Origin: a virus
Lineage: Duplodnaviria > Heunggongvirae > Uroviricota > Caudoviricetes
Strand: one strand, 5' to 3'
Length of the DNA stretch: 37,475 nt
Virus record (IMG/VR): IMGVR_UViG_3300026512_000004
Span: 84,653 to 122,127 of that record
Shown piece after piece: positions 34,627 through 37,475 of the stretch. Both the position numbers and the translations under genes were made by a program. How positions within the stretch are numbered: position 1 is the first letter of the stretch; the number at the start of each line of letters is the position of its first letter. The notes beneath the pieces were generated by a model, which was given only the letters and a program-made list of their open reading frames with translations, made no database searches and had not been told where the DNA came from.

Positions 34627-35842
34627 TAGTGTCCTCAGTTTTATTGGTGTCGTTCAAACTATCAGCAATAGCAAACAGCGCATTACGTATGCGCATTTCT
34701 ATAGAAGCCTGAAGTGCAATATCAAACGCTTCTTTAAACTTGGAGTCAGTCTGGTAAAGATTGTATGCGTCGGCTTCACGAAAAGTAATTTCATCAAGAA
34801 CTGTTCCGTCCTTATCCAAAGCAACTAACTTTTTGTAGGCTCCGGCCTTGCGAATACAAAGGTCAAAATGCGGATTAGAATCGCCGTAGTATTTCTTCTC
34901 AGTAGTCGTCCATTCTTTTAGGAAGTGGTACTCAGACCAAAACGGATGTATGCCATAGCGCTTATCAAATATGTACTCCAAAGTTACACCAGAAGGAGCA
35001 TGCTTATTCTTTTCGGTTCTGATATGAAGTACCCACCCGTCAACCCCAGGGTATTTTATTTTCGAAGCAGGATTAATCTCTACTCCTTTACTGAAATGCA
35101 ACCAATGGGAAACAGCATGTTCTAAATAGGCGACTTTGGTGGCTGCACGAAACCCCTTGAATTCACCCACTGATTTTTCTGGTGTTGCTTGAAAACGTGA
35201 CTGCATTTGTATTTGTTGACGTACTTGGTCAATAGTGAACAGAACTAACTGTTCCATCTTGATGGTGCAAGAGTACTGACGAAAGAAATGAGTAATTTCA
35301 CGTGCACGACGTCCTATAACTTGATCAGGAGATTCGGCGTCCTGATCTTGAAGACCCGGTACAGAAGCAATAGAATCAATACAAACCGCAACACGTATAT
35401 CCTTTTCCTCCCCGGATTCTTGTGCCCTCTCCTGTACAGTACGTTTAATCTGACAAACCGTATTTATCATCGAAAAGAGTTCACGAATATTAGCAGCAAC
35501 AGATTTGTGAATAAAACGATTAGGATCTAGGACGAAAGAACGCCAACGTCCAGTCTGTTCATCATAACCACCAACAGTCTCGACATCTAAATAGAGAAAG
35601 ATAGAATCCGGAAAAAGACTGAGAAATCGTTGCGCCATCTGCATTACAAAGGTAGACTTACCTGTCTCAGGAGTGGCAGTTATGTGTGTCAAATGAGAGG
35701 AGTAAATACCACCCCCAAGTTGAGCATCTAGGGTACGAATACCAGTACTAAAATAATAAGCCGGCGGTGCTATAATGTTACCATACTGTGTGTCTAGAAT
35801 TTCTTTAACTGCTGCTGCAAACTGTTGTCCAAATTCACTCAT
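34604..35842 (-). CDS. RecA/UvsX-like recombinase ATPase
   Basis: Walker A ATPETGKST, LYLDVE, Walker B VAVCIDSIAS, FTIDQVR, EKNKHAP. Confidence 0.85.
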   Translation of the reverse strand: MSEFGQQFAAAVKEILDTQYGNIIAPPAYYFSTGIRTLDAQLGGGIYSSHLTHITATPETGKSTFVMQMAQRFLSLFPDSIFLYLDVETVGGYDEQTGRWRSFVLDPNRFIHKSVAANIRELFSMINTVCQIKRTVQERAQESGEEKDIRVAVCIDSIASVPGLQDQDAESPDQVIGRRAREITHFFRQYSCTIKMEQLVLFTIDQVRQQIQMQSRFQATPEKSVGEFKGFRAATKVAYLEHAVSHWLHFSKGVEINPASKIKYPGVDGWVLHIRTEKNKHAPSGVTLEYIFDKRYGIHPFWSEYHFLKEWTTTEKKYYGDSNPHFDLCIRKAGAYKKLVALDKDGTVLDEITFREADAYNLYQTDSKFKEAFDIALQASIEMRIRNALFAIADSLNDTNKTEDTNGSEESS

Positions 35843-35847
35843 AAGTA

Positions 35848-36033
35848 CTAACCCCCTAAACCGGGTAACACATATTCGTAACCAAGTTTATGCCCTTTCT
35901 TTGCGAGTTGATAAGCACGTCTTAAAGGATCAGCTATGATGGTTCCGGTTGAAAGTGTAGTGTACTTTCTGTTCTTAAAATTACGTGTAGTGTAAATGTG
36001 TTTACGAATACGTTTCACCTGTTTACCACGCAT
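35848..36033 (-). CDS. Small basic hypothetical protein
   Basis: MRGKQVKRIRK...RRAYQLAKK; tightly packed between neighbours. Confidence 0.6.
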   Translation of the reverse strand: MRGKQVKRIRKHIYTTRNFKNRKYTTLSTGTIIADPLRRAYQLAKKGHKLGYEYVLPGLGG

Positions 36034-36034
36034 A

Positions 36035-36694
36035 TTACGCTTCCCTTGTTGCTGCTTCAGATACTAAGTCGTTTATTACCTCTCTCCACTTTGGTACAAA
36101 CTCTGTGTCATGTACAACAAGTAATCTTGTTCGTGACTTAGAATTTACATACTGTAAACATTTGGCAAAAATAGAGTAACTGTAAAGGATGACCTTTTTA
36201 CAAGCACCCTTGAAAGTAGAATACCCTTTCTTTTCAACTAACGCAAATACCTGTTTCGGTTCTTTCACCTTGAAACAATCAGGTATTTGGGAAATGTTAG
36301 TAACCTTAGACATCTTATCTAAATCAATTACTTTGGAAATATAAGTGACATCCTTAGCGGCTAAAATATGACCACGATAACCACGTGATACTTTGTGGCC
36401 ACCAAAACAGAAAGAAGGACGGCCTTTACGTATTTTCTGGAAAATCATACCTGATTCACGTGTTATCGGAACCATATCATAAGCATGGAAAATAGCAGTT
36501 TCAAGTACAATTGCAGAATAGAAATCATAGTACCCTACTGGATCGCCTCCAGTATTATCAACTAACACATATACTCCAACAAGATAATCTGAACATTGTC
36601 TGTAAACATTGAATGCCTGTTTCCTAAGTTTTAACAACTCTTGCTCGATTCTACTTGTAGAAGCGGCTTCCTCAAATATCTGCTTAAGATTCAT
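36035..36694 (-). CDS. Hypothetical protein (219 aa)
   Basis: GAGG RBS; MNLKQIFEEA leader. Confidence 0.65.
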   Translation of the reverse strand: MNLKQIFEEAASTSRIEQELLKLRKQAFNVYRQCSDYLVGVYVLVDNTGGDPVGYYDFYSAIVLETAIFHAYDMVPITRESGMIFQKIRKGRPSFCFGGHKVSRGYRGHILAAKDVTYISKVIDLDKMSKVTNISQIPDCFKVKEPKQVFALVEKKGYSTFKGACKKVILYSYSIFAKCLQYVNSKSRTRLLVVHDTEFVPKWREVINDLVSEAATREA

Positions 36695-37133
36695 TTGCTA
36701 CTGCCTCTGGGTTTAAACTACTATCGTCAAATTTTACATCTTCCAAAGCGAAATCTGCTTGTTGTAGGAGATTAGTAATAATCGGTTCATCTGTACCTTT
36801 TTCTAGTCTTCTGTACTGGATAATGTAATGGTGTTTATCCGTAATCAAATTAGTAATCATCTTCTCGTACTCAACACGTGTAGCTTCAATCTCATTATAT
36901 AAACGAAGCAATGATGCATAAGAACGTGCTAACCCATTTAATCTGTCAATTAGTTTACTTCTCTGTTCCTTGTCCTTGGTCACTTGAAGTTGAGCTCTTA
37001 TGTCCGCCATGTGAGCGTCTATCTCTGCGAGAGACCTGTCTAGCTCTGCCTGTTTGGCGGATAGGCGATCTACATTGTGTTGAATGTCTTGTATTCTTTC
37101 TTGTATGTCCTGTTCCAAGGTTGAGTACTGCAT
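36684..37133 (-). CDS. Coiled-coil hypothetical protein (revised start MQYSTLEQ)
   Basis: Heptad pattern; the 20 codons upstream of this ATG look less protein-like. Confidence 0.6.
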   Translation of the reverse strand: MQYSTLEQDIQERIQDIQHNVDRLSAKQAELDRSLAEIDAHMADIRAQLQVTKDKEQRSKLIDRLNGLARSYASLLRLYNEIEATRVEYEKMITNLITDKHHYIIQYRRLEKGTDEPIITNLLQQADFALEDVKFDDSSLNPEAVANES

Positions 37134-37475
37134 CGTCAAGAAAGTGTAAGAGTTGGTTTGTGAAAAGTGGGTTGGTGATGTAGACTGTATCAAGTGTTAC
37201 TAAATCAATATATTCACCAGTACAAAATTGTTCGGCAAAACGATGTGAAAGTTTAGACGCTAAGTCATTTAAATTAACGGGATTAACATAGTGAAGGAAA
37301 CGTGTTTTAATCCAACGTTCAACTGCTTTTTGTATCTCTACTTCACTAATCTGAATTGATTTGACTTTACTGTATACTTGTACAGCACGAAGAATGCGGT
37401 AAATATCTGGGTATTTACGTTTCAAAGTGACAATAGTGTCTTTGTTGATAAAAACAGCCCAAAGAAACGTTAAAA
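36955..37475 (-). CDS. Partial hypothetical protein entering from beyond the window end
   Basis: The frame of the listed 156-aa ORF is open to the window edge. The last ~60 codons overlap the next gene and look non-native. Confidence 0.5.
   Translation of the reverse strand, partial: LTFLWAVFINKDTIVTLKRKYPDIYRILRAVQVYSKVKSIQISEVEIQKAVERWIKTRFLHYVNPVNLNDLASKLSHRFAEQFCTGEYIDLVTLDTVYITNPLFTNQLLHFLDDAVLNLGTGHTRKNTRHSTQCRSPIRQTGRARQVSRRDRRSHGGHKSSTSSDQGQGTEK

Noticed and set aside
36955-37133. Dual-coding overlap of two ORFs over about 180 nt
   Set aside because: The tail of the upstream ORF has an atypical R/S/Q-rich composition, more consistent with a lost stop or an indel than functional overprinting; read data are needed.

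Overview
A 37.5-kb segment of a large tailed dsDNA phage genome with distantly T4-like myovirus morphogenesis genes. Almost all genes lie on the minus strand, use the standard genetic code and often have strong AGGAGG-type ribosome-binding sites. The window holds a head module (portal, prohead protease, gp23-like major capsid protein, acidic core-like proteins), tail and baseplate genes (gp6-, gp25-, gp26/gp51-, gp48- and tube-like, and a tape measure with a GH108 domain), and a lysis cassette (holin, overlapping spanins, transglycosylase) plus a separate GH108 lysozyme. A DnaB-like helicase, a RecA-like ATPase, a Cas4-like nuclease, an M48 peptidase and a non-PurD ATP-grasp ligase are interspersed. 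The spanins imply a Gram-negative host. The most unusual feature is the large terminase, which is split into separate ATPase and nuclease ORFs. The 264-nt gap between them holds a 149-nt, GC-rich, multi-helix element on the opposite (+) strand, with two complementary loops (CCCGG/CCGGG) and a U-rich tail. It is a candidate non-coding RNA whose topology resembles the SRP Alu domain and phi29-type pRNA. Other leads are a probable programmed frameshift in the gp26/gp51-like pair and shared capsid-targeting-like leaders on the ATP-grasp enzyme and two glycine-zipper proteins. All family calls come from motif recognition by eye; no database search or folding program was run.
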